Position numbers and translations under genes: made by a program. This document shows, piece by piece, positions 45,263 to 55,813 of a stretch of DNA of 64,000 bases. The DNA comes from an uncultured bacterium (GTDB lineage: Bacteria > Chlamydiota > Chlamydiia > Chlamydiales > SM23-39): the NCBI GenBank assembly GCA_963716985.1, contig OY970323.1:160001-224000 (forward strand), in the 5' to 3' direction. The notes below the pieces were generated by a model, which ran no database searches, was not told where the DNA came from, and was given only the letters and a program-made list of their open reading frames with translations. Within the stretch, counting starts at the first letter, position 1; the number at the start of each line of letters is the position of its first letter.

Positions 45263-47158
45263 CTAGTCTGTTGGAGAGAAAGCTGCAAAAGCTTCTTCGT
45301 TTGCTTTGAGATTGGCCGGCGTGAAATTCGCAAACTGGGCAAGCTCTTTTCGAAAGGTCAAATAGACCGATCCCACGCCTCCGTGGCGGTTTTTGGCAAC
45401 GATGAGCTCTGCTTGTCCCGGCTTATCATAGGGATCGTAATACTCTCTTCGCAAAAGGAACATCACAATATCAGAGTCTTGTTCAATGCTATTGTGGATG
45501 ATGATGTCATTGGCGATGAAATTATGGACGCCATCCACAGTCGCATCATAGACATCTTCGATCTTTAATTTGGTAATAGAGAGTATGTCATCCCAGTAAA
45601 CGTTAGATTCGGTGAGATCTAATAGATCATCGTCATGGGAAGATAGCGGCTTTGGACGGCCAATCATATCGCCGGATTTTAATTGATCGAGTCGTGTCCA
45701 ACCGTCAGATTGTAAAAATGGATGATTGGCGCTGGCTTTGATAGAGAGCCCCCCTCTAGTTTTTAATTCGAAAACCTCTTTTTTCCCGGAATAAAAGGCT
45801 TTGATCAGCTTGTGTTTTCCAATTTTTAGATTTTTGTCGATGGCGTAAACGGTGATAGGGGTTTGTTGTTTTCTTTCCGCAAGCTCTTTGATGGAATACA
45901 TTTTTCCCGTCTCGGCATCTTTAATTTTTGTCTCGCCGGTGACGCAACCCGATTCGCGAAGATCGCTCATCATGGGACGATGGCCTTGGCGCTCTTCCAC
46001 TTTTCGGGAAAGCTGCGAAAGACAGAGAACGGGAATGTTCAATTCGCGTGCAAGATTTTTGAGCAGACGGGAAATCTCGGAAATCTCATTTTGACGATTT
46101 TCAATCGAGCGCATCGTTCCGGATCCGGAGAGAAGCTGTAAATAGTCGATGACGAGAAATTGAATATCATACGCTTCTTTCATGCGTCGCGCCCGAGCTC
46201 TCAAATCGGTGATCTTGATGCCGGGCTGATCGTCGATGATCATCGAATGTTTTTGCATTTCATTGACGCTGGCGACGATGCGTTGATAATCGCTTCCGTT
46301 CAGAGCGCCTGTTTTGATCTTTTCCGATTCGACCTCCGACTGCGAACAGATGATGCGATGAAGAAGCTCTTCTGCGCTCATTTCCAAGGAAAAGATGCCC
46401 ACGGGCTGGCGGTCGCGGAAACAAACGTTTTCTGCGATATTGAGAGCGAGCGCAGATTTTCCCATCGCAGGCCTTGAAGCTAAAATGATGAGGTTGGAAT
46501 GATTGAGTCCGTTGATGAGCTTGTCGAGATCGGCAAAATGGGTGGGAATTCCCGTCACGTAAGATTTGTTGGGCCCTTTGATCTGATACTCTTCTTGACG
46601 CGCTTGGAGTTCTTTGAGGTAGGGTAGTTTGGTCTCCGATTTAGCACCTGAGAGAAGATCTTTGATAGGAATGGATTGATCGGTGCTTGTGGCCTGAGAG
46701 ATCTGAAAAAATTTGGCCTGCGCTTCATCGAGAAGCTCCGAAACATCCTGGGGTCCTGCCAGCGACTCTTTTTCGATTTCTTGCGCCGTGAAAATCATCT
46801 GGCGCAAAACAGCCTTGTCTTTGACGAGCTTGACATACTCGTCGATGTAGGCAGATGTTCCTGCATATTGAGCAAGCGTTGTGAGATAAGCAATGCCGCC
46901 CGCTTCTTCGAGCTTTCCATCTCTTTTGAGAAATTCTGCAATGATGTGAATGTCGGCCGGCTGATCCTTATGATAGGCTTCTTTCAGAGAGGAAAAGATC
47001 GTTTTGTGTTCTTTAAAGAAAAAGTCGGAATCTTCCAGGCCATCCGCTGCGATATTGAGACTATTGATGCTCGTCAGCATGCAGCCCAAGACCATCATCT
47101 CTGATTCTTTGGAATTGGGAGCGCTTTTTACTTTTAGAGTTTTTTCTTTTGCGGTCAT
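45263..47158 (-). CDS. dnaB: Replicative DNA helicase DnaB containing an intein
   Basis: ASRPAMGKS, IDYLQL, LSQLSR, SDLRESG...SIEQDSD, AKNRHG. Confidence 0.97.
   Translation of the reverse strand: MTAKEKTLKVKSAPNSKESEMMVLGCMLTSINSLNIAADGLEDSDFFFKEHKTIFSSLKEAYHKDQPADIHIIAEFLKRDGKLEEAGGIAYLTTLAQYAGTSAYIDEYVKLVKDKAVLRQMIFTAQEIEKESLAGPQDVSELLDEAQAKFFQISQATSTDQSIPIKDLLSGAKSETKLPYLKELQARQEEYQIKGPNKSYVTGIPTHFADLDKLINGLNHSNLIILASRPAMGKSALALNIAENVCFRDRQPVGIFSLEMSAEELLHRIICSQSEVESEKIKTGALNGSDYQRIVASVNEMQKHSMIIDDQPGIKITDLRARARRMKEAYDIQFLVIDYLQLLSGSGTMRSIENRQNEISEISRLLKNLARELNIPVLCLSQLSRKVEERQGHRPMMSDLRESGCVTGETKIKDAETGKMYSIKELAERKQQTPITVYAIDKNLKIGKHKLIKAFYSGKKEVFELKTRGGLSIKASANHPFLQSDGWTRLDQLKSGDMIGRPKPLSSHDDDLLDLTESNVYWDDILSITKLKIEDVYDATVDGVHNFIANDIIIHNSIEQDSDIVMFLLRREYYDPYDKPGQAELIVAKNRHGGVGSVYLTFRKELAQFANFTPANLKANEEAFAAFSPTD
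45491..45946 (-). mobile_element. 152-aa mini-intein (no homing endonuclease) in DnaB
   Basis: RESG/CVTGET...ASANHPF...VYDATVDGVHNFIANDIIIHN/SIEQD: Cys1, block B His, terminal His-Asn, Ser+1. Confidence 0.95.
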
Positions 47159-47275
47159 TTTTTTGGCGTAGGCTTATTTCAGTATCTCACCATAGCAAAA
47201 TTTGTTTTAGCGATGCAAGATGGAAACCGGTTTTTTAAAAAAGAACGCTTCGGAAATTGAGATCCAATAGAAAAA

Positions 47276-47364
47276 CGGAAAGAGAGGGATTCGAACCCTC
47301 GATACCCCTTTAAGGGTATGCGTCCTTAGCAGGGACGTGCTTTCGGCCACTCAGCCATCTTTCC
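47276..47364 (-). tRNA. tRNA-Ser(GCT)
   Basis: GGAAAGATGGCTGAGTGG...CGTCC-CT-GCT-AA-GGACG, long variable arm, GGTTCGAATCC; CCA not encoded. Confidence 0.93.
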
Positions 47365-47893
47365 TAAAGATAAAAGAAGAAGGGTACTCTTTTTTTCGTT
47401 TTCCAGCAAGGAATGGGTTTGGTTTCCGTAAGCCCAAAATGATCATGCATGCGCAAAAATCCTGGAGATTCTTGTGGAGTAAAAGGAGTCCATTGCGGGA
47501 AGCGTCCCTTTGCTGCCTCCAAAAGAGTTTTTCATGGCGATCAACTGGTCGTATCATTCGTGTGCTTCTGCCTTGCCGGTTTGCGTTTGAGCTGCTTCTT
47601 TCAATTTGTCATAATAGTTTTTTTACCTCTAAAATTTTCAGAATAGGTTTTGTCCATTGAATAGGCGCAGAATAAACGTTTCGCATACCAGTAGAGTCCA
47701 TTCTGAAGTTAAATCGCGACCAAAACCGATTAGAGTTTTCGGCCTTTTTCACAATTTCCACATCCGGTACCGATGAATCTTCAGGTTTTTCCGTGGAAGG
47801 CTGGTTTTCAATTTTTTCGACTGATGTGGAATTTATGAAAATGGCCAAAAATAATGATAAAAAATGATTCTATAAAAATTGGATATTACCCAC

Positions 47894-49646
47894 GCAAGTG
47901 CTCAAAAAGTTGAGGTAAATACCTCATTCTTAGATCCTAAAAAAATATAAATCTTTTCTTTAATCGTTCGTCATCGTAAATTTACTTGCTTATGCAGAAT
48001 AACAATGACCTCATTCAACGAATTTTAGAGCAAAATACCCAGCTCGCTGAAGAAGATCGACGCCTAAGAGATCGCCTCGACATTGCTTTGAACACCATTT
48101 CATTTCAGCACGAAGAAATCCAACGACTAAAAGATGAGATTGCAATTCTCAAGGGACAAAAGCCCCGTCCAAAGATTCCTCCCAGCACTTTAGAGGGGCA
48201 ACAAAGCAAAGATAAGCAAAACGACAAAAATAAACTCTCCAGGGGGATGCATCCTCGACGTAAAAAAACCAAAAAACTTGAGATACATACCAGAAGTCGC
48301 ATTAAGCCCGAATCAGTTCCCGAAGAGCTACCTTCAAAGGATGTCAGAAATTTACCGTACAGGACATCATTCTTCAGCCTTACAATACCATATACGAACT
48401 CGAGCGATGGCAATTGCCTGATGGCACTTACTTAACAGGTAAATTGCCGCAAAATATCCAGGGACATTATGGCCCTCAATTGATCAGCTACGTTTTGCAC
48501 CAATATTATGGCTGTCGTATTACAGAACCTCTGCTGTTTGCACAGTTGAAAGAAATTGGCGTATTGATCTCCGAAGGACAGTTGAGCAATATTTTGATCC
48601 AAGGAAAGGAAGCCTTCCATCAGGAAAAGAACGAGCTATTGTCCGCGGGGATAGCAGCTACAGGACAAGTAAAAGTAGACGACACCGGCGCTCGCCACCG
48701 AGGGCATAATGGCTACTCGACGATCATAGGGAACGAATATTTTACCTACATTGTGTCGACAGAAAGCAAAAGTCGCATAAATTTTCTCAAGATATTGCAT
48801 GGGACGGCTCCTCGATATCTTATCAATGAAGACACTGCAGACTACATTGAGACCCTAAAACCCTCGAGTTGGTTAGGAGGATACCTCCTTTTGCAGACCG
48901 ATATCGATCCATGAATCAAATAGAATGGGAGAAATTTTTACTCGCAATAAACATCAAGTCAGAAAGCGACATAAAACTTGTAACCGAGGCCGCCCTATTC
49001 GCGAGCCTGATAGAAAATGGCATACCAAGAGATCTTGGAGTGCATGGAGATGATGCAGGGCAATTCAATGTCTTCGTTCGATCTTTATGTTGGATCCATG
49101 AGGAGAGGCATTATCGAAAACTCATTCCCTTTGACGAAGCAACACGCAAAGCAATCGAGCAAGTCCGGGGAGAAATTTGGGATTTATACAAGGGGCTGCA
49201 GGAATACAAACTCGCGCCCTCTGAAAGCCTAAAATTGATTCTCGAGCAGAATTTTGACAATTTATTCTCAAAAAAGAAAACCATCAGTCCCACCCTAAAC
49301 AAACAGCTGGCAAAAACTTATGAAAAAAAGGACGAATTGCTCAGGGTATTAGAGAAACCAGACACCCCCCTTCACAATAATGGAACCGAAACCGATGCTC
49401 GAGAGATGGTGGTTAAGCGGAAAGTATCCGGAGGGACTCGTAGTGAAGAAGGTCAAAAATGTCGAGATACTTTTGTAAGCCTAAAAAAGACTTGCTGTAA
49501 GCTTGGAATCACTTTTTTCGGATATCTTGAAGACAGAATCAACGGGTTGTGTAAAATTCCCAGGTTGTCGCAAGTAATCGTGTCGCGAGCTCCCTCGCGG
49601 CTCAAAGAAACTTAAAGTTTTTTACCTCAGTTTTATGAGCACTTGC
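47894..49646 (+). mobile_element. IS66-family-like single-ORF insertion sequence, 1753 bp
   Basis: 26-bp TIRs GCAAGTGCTCA..AA..TGAGGTAAA; 8-bp TSD TTACCCAC at 47886-47893 and 49647-49654. Confidence 0.9.
47992..49615 (+). pseudogene. IS66-like transposase with two -1 frameshifts (near 48325 and 48895)
   Basis: Leucine-zipper N-terminus LKDEIAILKGQK; VDDTGARH; DDAGQF; LCWIHEER; PLHNNGTETDAR; KVSGGTRS, spread over three frames. Confidence 0.85.
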
Positions 49647-49935
49647 TTACCCACTTTCCGGTAAATGGCAAGCAAATGGTATTTAATAATAATAGTCCGG
49701 ACAATGCAACTGCTTCTCCGATAGCTATGTTAAAATAACTGAATGCTAAAGCTAGTGATATCAATATGACATTAAAGATCAAAACTATTTTGATGGCAGT
49801 GTTGATTTCGCTTGATTTGTGTATGGTTTTCAAAAACTTTCCTCCAGGAAAGTATGAAACAAAAAGATTGTGAATGTTTGACATCTGCAGCTCCTATTTA
49901 TTGTTATGAGAAATCACATCAATTGCTAGCATTAC

Positions 49936-51457
49936 CTCGACTTTGTACATTTTTTGATCTGATAGCCCAAAGTCATTTGCTTCAATCTGTAAAATAAAAA
50001 GTTGATAGAGAGTGCCGCTTCGCGCATACTATTTGGTTCAGTAAAACAAAATGGCAGGCTCTCATGGACTCTCTATCGTCAAACATTTTAGCAGTACTCA
50101 CCCCTTTTTCAGTACTTTTTTCAAATCCTTCTTGGAAAAAAGCCCTGACCTTATTACTTGGCACGCTTTTATGCACTGGCAAGAGAACCGTGTGTGCGGC
50201 TCTGCGCGCAATGGGTCTTGAGCATCAGTCGGGTTTTTCAAAGTACCATCACCTTTTAAACCGGGCGGAATGGTCGTCACTCAAGGCAGCGAAAATCCTA
50301 TTCTTTATGTTGCTTATCTTTGTCTCCGATCAGCATCCTTTGGTTCTGCTCATTGACGAGACATTGGAGCGCAGGCGTGGCAAGAAGATAAAAGCAAAGG
50401 GCTATTATCGAGATGCGGTTCGATCGTCACAGTCTCGAGTGGTCAAAGCCATGGGTTTGAAGTGGCAGGTTATGGCGCTCTCTGTGAAATTGCCGTTTAT
50501 GTCGAGAGCACTTGCATTGCCTTTTTTGAGTGCACTGGAGCCTTCTAAAAAATGTGATGAAGCGAAGAAACGTCGGCACAAAACCTCATTAAAATGGGCG
50601 AGTCAGATGGTCTTACAGGTGCGTCGATGGGTAGGTAAGGCGCGATCACTAATTCTTGTTGGCGATGGAGGATATGCTGCGGGACAGTTGGCTCTGAACT
50701 GTATCTGTTCTGGGGTGACTCTTGTTTCGCGACTGAAAATGAATGCAGCCCTGTTCGATTTCCCGGCCAAAAAACGTCCCGGTCAAAGGGGACGTACTGC
50801 ACAGAAAGGCGTCAAATTGAAAAATTTTAAACAGATGCTATCTCTGAAGGGATTGCCCTGGAAAGAAATGGAAGTAGTCGGTTACGGCGGAGAGAAACGG
50901 GTAGCTCGCGTGCTGTCTAACACATGTATGTGGGGAGCCGATGGAGCAACTCCTATACCCATCCGATGGGTTTTGGTGGTAGATCCTACAGGAAAACTCG
51001 ACCCTCTACCTCTTATGAGCACAGATCCACGCATGACGCCAGAACGTATGATAGAGTTATTTATCGATCGCTGGGGACTTGAGGTCACATTCGAAGAAAC
51101 ACGTGAACATCTTGGCGTAGAGACTCAGCGGCAATGGTCGGATCGAGCGATAGCCCGATCGACCCCCATACTGATGGGGTTATATAGTTGCGTATGCCTA
51201 ATGGCAAATCGATTGGGACAGGTAAATTTGCTTAAGGTAGAGGCAACTGCTTGGCACCAAAAAGAGCACGTCACATTTTCCGATATGTTGAGGGCCGTGC
51301 GCATGGTAATATGGAGGGATAATTTAATTTCCGGGAAGGCTAAAATCACCCCTTCCGTGGAAAATATTACTCCAGAAATGGTGGATTGGATGGATGATAT
51401 AGTAAGACGAGTGCTTCAGGCGGCCTGAACTAAGCCGCTAAAAGTTGCAAAGTCGAG
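49936..51457 (+). mobile_element. IS701-like insertion sequence, intact, 1522 bp
   Basis: TIR CTCGACTTTG; 5-bp TSD ATTAC at 49931-49935 and 51458-51462. Confidence 0.9.
50064..51428 (+). CDS. IS701-like DDE transposase (454 aa)
   Basis: LIDETLERR, VGDGGYA, RWGLEVTFEETREHLG, TFSDML. Confidence 0.9.
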   Translation: MDSLSSNILAVLTPFSVLFSNPSWKKALTLLLGTLLCTGKRTVCAALRAMGLEHQSGFSKYHHLLNRAEWSSLKAAKILFFMLLIFVSDQHPLVLLIDETLERRRGKKIKAKGYYRDAVRSSQSRVVKAMGLKWQVMALSVKLPFMSRALALPFLSALEPSKKCDEAKKRRHKTSLKWASQMVLQVRRWVGKARSLILVGDGGYAAGQLALNCICSGVTLVSRLKMNAALFDFPAKKRPGQRGRTAQKGVKLKNFKQMLSLKGLPWKEMEVVGYGGEKRVARVLSNTCMWGADGATPIPIRWVLVVDPTGKLDPLPLMSTDPRMTPERMIELFIDRWGLEVTFEETREHLGVETQRQWSDRAIARSTPILMGLYSCVCLMANRLGQVNLLKVEATAWHQKEHVTFSDMLRAVRMVIWRDNLISGKAKITPSVENITPEMVDWMDDIVRRVLQAA

Positions 51458-51619
51458 ATTACAGCTTGTGTCGCAAAATAGGGAAGTCCAAGGATCATTA
51501 ATGAAAAAAACCTGATTTTTTAATCATCACTTTTCACCTCTTTCTAAAAGTTTTTTCAAGAACTTAGCAAAGAGAGTCCAATTGACTCAAGAAGAATCAG
51601 CCGCCTGGATTTGGTTTTT

Positions 51620-52831
51620 TTAGACAAGTTGGGACAAAAAAGTTTTGGCCGAAACAATGAGCGGCTCCTTGGACGAAAAGCAGTTTCCCGGCTGATATTT
51701 CATGTCAAAAACAACTTGGAAGGCATGCTCTGCTTTTGTAAGGGATTGATAATAAAAAAGCGATTTTGAAATCCCGCCATTTTCTGAAGATTTTGCCTCC
51801 ACAAGGAACCAGGGTTTTTTGTTTTTCACAACCAGAAAATCCACTTCTCTCTTTTCTTTGTCTCTCAAAAAGCATAATTGATACTCTCCAAGACCCCGAT
51901 CCGTCCAAAATTGAATCGCTTTATATAAATGGGAGGCGATAAAATTTTCCACACGAGCGCCGGGATCTTCAACTAATGACCAATCCCATAGGTAAATTTT
52001 AGGTTCTTTTAACAGAGTTCTGGTAATGTTTTTTGTCCAAGGCTGGATGCAAAAGCAAAAATAAAAGGCTTTTAAAGTTTGAATCCATCTTCGTATCGTG
52101 TCAATCGATACGTTTACTTTATTAGCAAGAGAGGTATAGCTGGTTAATTGTCCTGCTTGCGCCGGAAGCAGTTCTGCCAAGACCTCCATTTGCCCCATTT
52201 CATGGATCTTTGTCAGATCGCGTAAATCTTCTGAAAATAATTGTTGGCGGCGCAGCTTTTTCCATCGGATATAAAAGGAATCTTTTCGTTTCAAAAAAGG
52301 CTCCGGAAATCCTCCGAAATGAAAGAGTGCATCAAACTCCTTATCGGGAATTCTTTGAGAAGAAGGAGCAATCTCCGTTTCTAGAAGTTCTGGATGAAGG
52401 ATCTCTCTGACGGAAAAAGGATGGAGATGGTAGGGAAAATAACGTCCCATGAGACTATCGCCGCCAGCTTGATAAATATCTAGCCTGGTGCTTCCGGTAA
52501 TAATGATTTTTGTTTTCTCCCCATATTTATCAAAAAAACCTTTGATGAAGTTTTTCCATTTTCTATACTTGTGAAGCTCATCGAAGACAACCATGGGACG
52601 ATCCTGACTGAATGTGTTAAGGCCGATGGTTTCAGCTAATGCATCGGCTCCTTTTGTGATGAGTATTCGGTCGCTTTGTATGTCCCAATTAAAATAAAAA
52701 TGTTGTTTTTCTTGTTTGGAAACGATCAAGCTTGTTGTTGTTTTCCCAACTTGCCTAGGGCCAACGAGAAAAAGCATTTGGCGATTTTGTTTAAAATGCT
52801 CTTTGATCACTGCCTCATAAATCCTTTCCAT
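51620..52831 (-). CDS. AAA_14 ATPase + DUF4143 (wHTH / PD-(D/E)xK-like) protein
   Basis: GPRQVGKT, VFDELHK, ITGS, SLMGR, GGFPE, PKIYLWD, REVDF..LVEAK. Confidence 0.88.
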   Translation of the reverse strand: MERIYEAVIKEHFKQNRQMLFLVGPRQVGKTTTSLIVSKQEKQHFYFNWDIQSDRILITKGADALAETIGLNTFSQDRPMVVFDELHKYRKWKNFIKGFFDKYGEKTKIIITGSTRLDIYQAGGDSLMGRYFPYHLHPFSVREILHPELLETEIAPSSQRIPDKEFDALFHFGGFPEPFLKRKDSFYIRWKKLRRQQLFSEDLRDLTKIHEMGQMEVLAELLPAQAGQLTSYTSLANKVNVSIDTIRRWIQTLKAFYFCFCIQPWTKNITRTLLKEPKIYLWDWSLVEDPGARVENFIASHLYKAIQFWTDRGLGEYQLCFLRDKEKREVDFLVVKNKKPWFLVEAKSSENGGISKSLFYYQSLTKAEHAFQVVFDMKYQPGNCFSSKEPLIVSAKTFLSQLV

Positions 52832-52847
52832 ACAGCTCCTTCCCTTT

Positions 52848-52879
52848 CGACCATTTTACGACACATCGTAAAATGGTCG
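52848..52879. promoter_or_regulatory. Perfect 14-bp inverted repeat upstream of the AAA-DUF4143 gene (operator or terminator)
   Basis: CGACCATTTTACGA-CACA-TCGTAAAATGGTCG, 16 nt before the ATG. Confidence 0.6.
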
Positions 52880-52916
52880 GATATAAGCTTGTAATAACAA
52901 GGTGGTTAAGAAAATA

Positions 52917-53756
52917 TCATTCAATTTGATAGGTCTGGGAAAAGCGTTTGCCATTTAGGGCATTCCAGTAGGATGTCATCTGCGATCCATCGGGATTTTG
53001 CACGACGATCTGGATGACAGGAAGAAAGAGCTCCGTGGTCTTGCGAATGGCAAAATCATTACCGAAGGCGGCTCTGGCCACGCTTTCGATTTGAGCGTCG
53101 CGGAACTTGCGGGGCAAGCGGCTGCCTTTGCGGGCAGGATTTGTGACGAACCATTCATCAAGGGCTGTTTCCGGATAAACGTAGAGTTTGGGATTTTCCA
53201 GATGCAGACGATAGCGGCTGCCATGCTGTACGATGAGATTTTTGAGCCGGCACTTGTCGAGCCAAATATCGAGAATGTCATCTTCGATGTTTAAGTATTT
53301 GCTCAATAATTCCCGATCGGCCACATCTCCGTGCGCGGATAGAGCATTGATGACTTTAAAATCTTCGCGGTCGGCATTGGCTAATAGGCAATCGACGAAT
53401 CCATGCGTTTTTTCCCAAGAAGATGTGTTGAGCACCATCTCGCCATCAATCAAGCTCCAGAGAATGAGCCCTTCGCAAGTCTTTTGAAGAGAGCGTGTGT
53501 ATTTGACCTCCATGAGCAGATAGGGATGAAACTGAACGGAGGGTTTTAAAAAAGTATGCAGCCTATCTTTCAAGAGCTCCTTTTTATGCTTCTCCATGAT
53601 CCATTCAGGACTATATCGGGCTTCCAGAGTTTGGAACTTCCCGATGTTCAGCATATCCAGAGCCCAATTTCTTGTGTCGGGATAATGCAGCCAAGCCCAA
53701 AAAAGAGAAATTCCTCCCATGACAGTCAATAACAAATAGGAAAAGAAACGACCCAT
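52917..53756 (-). CDS. Conserved chlamydial-type hypothetical protein downstream of rho
   Basis: 279-aa ORF with N-terminal TM; PYLLMEVKY, WEKTHGF, WNALNG. Confidence 0.75.
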   Translation of the reverse strand: MGRFFSYLLLTVMGGISLFWAWLHYPDTRNWALDMLNIGKFQTLEARYSPEWIMEKHKKELLKDRLHTFLKPSVQFHPYLLMEVKYTRSLQKTCEGLILWSLIDGEMVLNTSSWEKTHGFVDCLLANADREDFKVINALSAHGDVADRELLSKYLNIEDDILDIWLDKCRLKNLIVQHGSRYRLHLENPKLYVYPETALDEWFVTNPARKGSRLPRKFRDAQIESVARAAFGNDFAIRKTTELFLPVIQIVVQNPDGSQMTSYWNALNGKRFSQTYQIE

Positions 53757-53809
53757 CGCAAACCCATTACATTAGGTAAGACGTCCCTTGCACAGGTTAA
53801 AAAATTTTT

Positions 53810-55183
53810 TTATTCTTTCATAGACAAAAGAAATTCCGTATTGCTATTTGTTTTCTTGAGACGGCTCAAAAGTAGATTCATCGCATCGAGCGGTGTTAGA
53901 TCGGCAAGAGCCTGCCGCAAAAGATAGATCTTCTCCAATTCTTCCGGATGGTAGAGAAGCTCTTCTTTTCGCGTTCCGCTCTTGATGAGGTCGATTGCCG
54001 GATAGACGCGTCTGTCGGCAAGTCTTCGATCGAGAACGAGTTCCATATTGCCCGTTCCCTTAAACTCTTCGAAAATCACCTCGTCCATTCTCGAACCGGT
54101 GTCGATAAGGGCCGTGGCAATGATGGTCAAGGATCCGCCGTGTTCGATATTGCGGGCAGCGCCAAAGAAGCGCTTGGGCTTATGAAGAGCATTTGCGTCC
54201 ACGCCGCCGGTCAGGATTTTTCCTGAATGGGGCTGAACGGTGTTATAGGCTCTGGCAAGCCGTGTCAAAGAATCCAAAAGAATCACAACGTCATGGCCGC
54301 ATTCTACAAGACGCTTTGCCTTTTCGATGACCATGTCGGCAATTTGCACGTGTCTTTCGGGCGGTTCGTCGAAGGTGGAAGAGACCACCTCGCCCTTCAC
54401 GCTGCGGATCATGTCGGTGACCTCTTCGGGTCTTTCATCGATGAGCAGGACGATCAAAAAGGTTTCGGGGTTGTTGAGCTCGATGGCATTGGCAATGTTT
54501 TGCAGAAGGACGGTTTTTCCCGATTTAGGGGGAGAAACGATCAGGGCTCTCTGTCCTTTTCCAATAGGAGCTGCCAGATCGAGTACGCGCGTGGAAAACT
54601 TTTCTTTTCCGGTTTCCATGATGAGGCGTTTTTGCGGATAGAGAGGAGTGAGGTTTTCGAAAAGGATCCGCTCTTTGAGCTCTTCCGGGGTTTTCTCATT
54701 GATCTTTTCCACTTTAAGAAGGGCAAAATATTTTTCCTTTTCTTTGGGAGAACGAATCGATCCGGAAAGGGTATCGCCTTTGCGCAAGTCAAATCTTCGA
54801 ATCTGGGCAGGAGATACGTAGATATCTTCAGCAGAGGGAAGGTAGTTGTAGTTGGGGGAGCGTAAAAAACCAAAGCCGTCGGGAAGGATCTCCAAGCATC
54901 CTTCTCCATCGAGAACTTCGGTGGGGAGCGCCGAGAGAGTTTTGACGATTTCGAAGACCATTTGAGATTTGGTCAGCCCTCCAATATTATGCAGTCCGAT
55001 CGATTTTGCAAAGGTGTTCAACTCCTCAATATTCATGCGCTGCAAAGAAGAGATCTTCGTGACATTTTTAACAATCGGCTGCGTGGGTTCTTCTAGCGCC
55101 ATCTCTTCCTTCGGAAGATCTTCTTGAGGGGGTCTTTTGTGCCGAACGAGAGGAGGGGGTAGTATCTTATTCTCTTCATTCAT
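53810..55183 (-). CDS. rho: Transcription termination factor Rho
   Basis: [48 protein letters not shown]. Confidence 0.98.
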   Translation of the reverse strand: MNEENKILPPPLVRHKRPPQEDLPKEEMALEEPTQPIVKNVTKISSLQRMNIEELNTFAKSIGLHNIGGLTKSQMVFEIVKTLSALPTEVLDGEGCLEILPDGFGFLRSPNYNYLPSAEDIYVSPAQIRRFDLRKGDTLSGSIRSPKEKEKYFALLKVEKINEKTPEELKERILFENLTPLYPQKRLIMETGKEKFSTRVLDLAAPIGKGQRALIVSPPKSGKTVLLQNIANAIELNNPETFLIVLLIDERPEEVTDMIRSVKGEVVSSTFDEPPERHVQIADMVIEKAKRLVECGHDVVILLDSLTRLARAYNTVQPHSGKILTGGVDANALHKPKRFFGAARNIEHGGSLTIIATALIDTGSRMDEVIFEEFKGTGNMELVLDRRLADRRVYPAIDLIKSGTRKEELLYHPEELEKIYLLRQALADLTPLDAMNLLLSRLKKTNSNTEFLLSMKE

Positions 55184-55216
55184 AGAACTGGAGCTCCTTT
55201 AAGTAAAAATTGTTTC

Positions 55217-55813
55217 TTAAACGTCATGAGTTGTTAGAACTTTCATAAGATTTTTTGCTTTTCTTTCCAAATCTTCGAGACTTCCATTATTCTCGATGAT
55301 AAAATGAGAGCGCTTCTTTTTTTCTTCAATGGAAAGAAGGCGCTTCGTGCGCGCATCATAATCCTTCCTTCCACACGCCGCTTTGCATTTTTTTTCATCC
55401 CGGACAAGAGTCACGATCACGTCATATTCCCTTTCTTTTTTTGTTTCAAATAGAAGAGGTAGTTCCACTACAAAGACGAACTCATTATGCTTTTTCCTTT
55501 CTTCTTGGTAGAGGCGGTTGATTTCTTTAAAGACATAGGGATGAAGAAGTTTTTCCAGGGCATCGAGTTTTTGCGGATGATTAAAAACCTCAGTTGCGAT
55601 TTTTTCTCGGTTTATTTTTCCCTTTTCCAGGATTTTATCGCCGAGAAGAGTTAAGACTTGGCTGCCCAATGCGGAGTGAGCGGACCCTAATAATCCGTGG
55701 ACGATTTGATCTGCATCAACCACGATAGCGCCCTGCTTTTTCAGAAAGTCGCAAAAAGTCGACTTGCCGGAGGAAACACCGCCTGTAATAGCTACCTTTT
55801 TTGAATTTAACAT
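55217..55813 (-). CDS. coaE: Dephospho-CoA kinase
   Basis: ITGGVSSGKST, VDAD, LLHPYV, ELPLLFE, IENNGS. Confidence 0.93.
   Translation of the reverse strand: MLNSKKVAITGGVSSGKSTFCDFLKKQGAIVVDADQIVHGLLGSAHSALGSQVLTLLGDKILEKGKINREKIATEVFNHPQKLDALEKLLHPYVFKEINRLYQEERKKHNEFVFVVELPLLFETKKEREYDVIVTLVRDEKKCKAACGRKDYDARTKRLLSIEEKKKRSHFIIENNGSLEDLERKAKNLMKVLTTHDV

Larger units (their letters stand above)
47447..49884 (-). pseudogene. AT-rich membrane protein gene split by the IS66-like element and further degraded
   Basis: The 49884 ORF (hydrophobic hairpin ...FTGKWV) resumes across the TSD as ISNFYRIIF, followed by frameshifted fragments including 47609-47848. Confidence 0.5.

Noticed and set aside
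47276..52900. Integrase-type genomic island at tRNA-Ser
   Set aside because: No integrase and no duplicated tRNA 3' end; the IS cluster lies on the 5' side of the tRNA.
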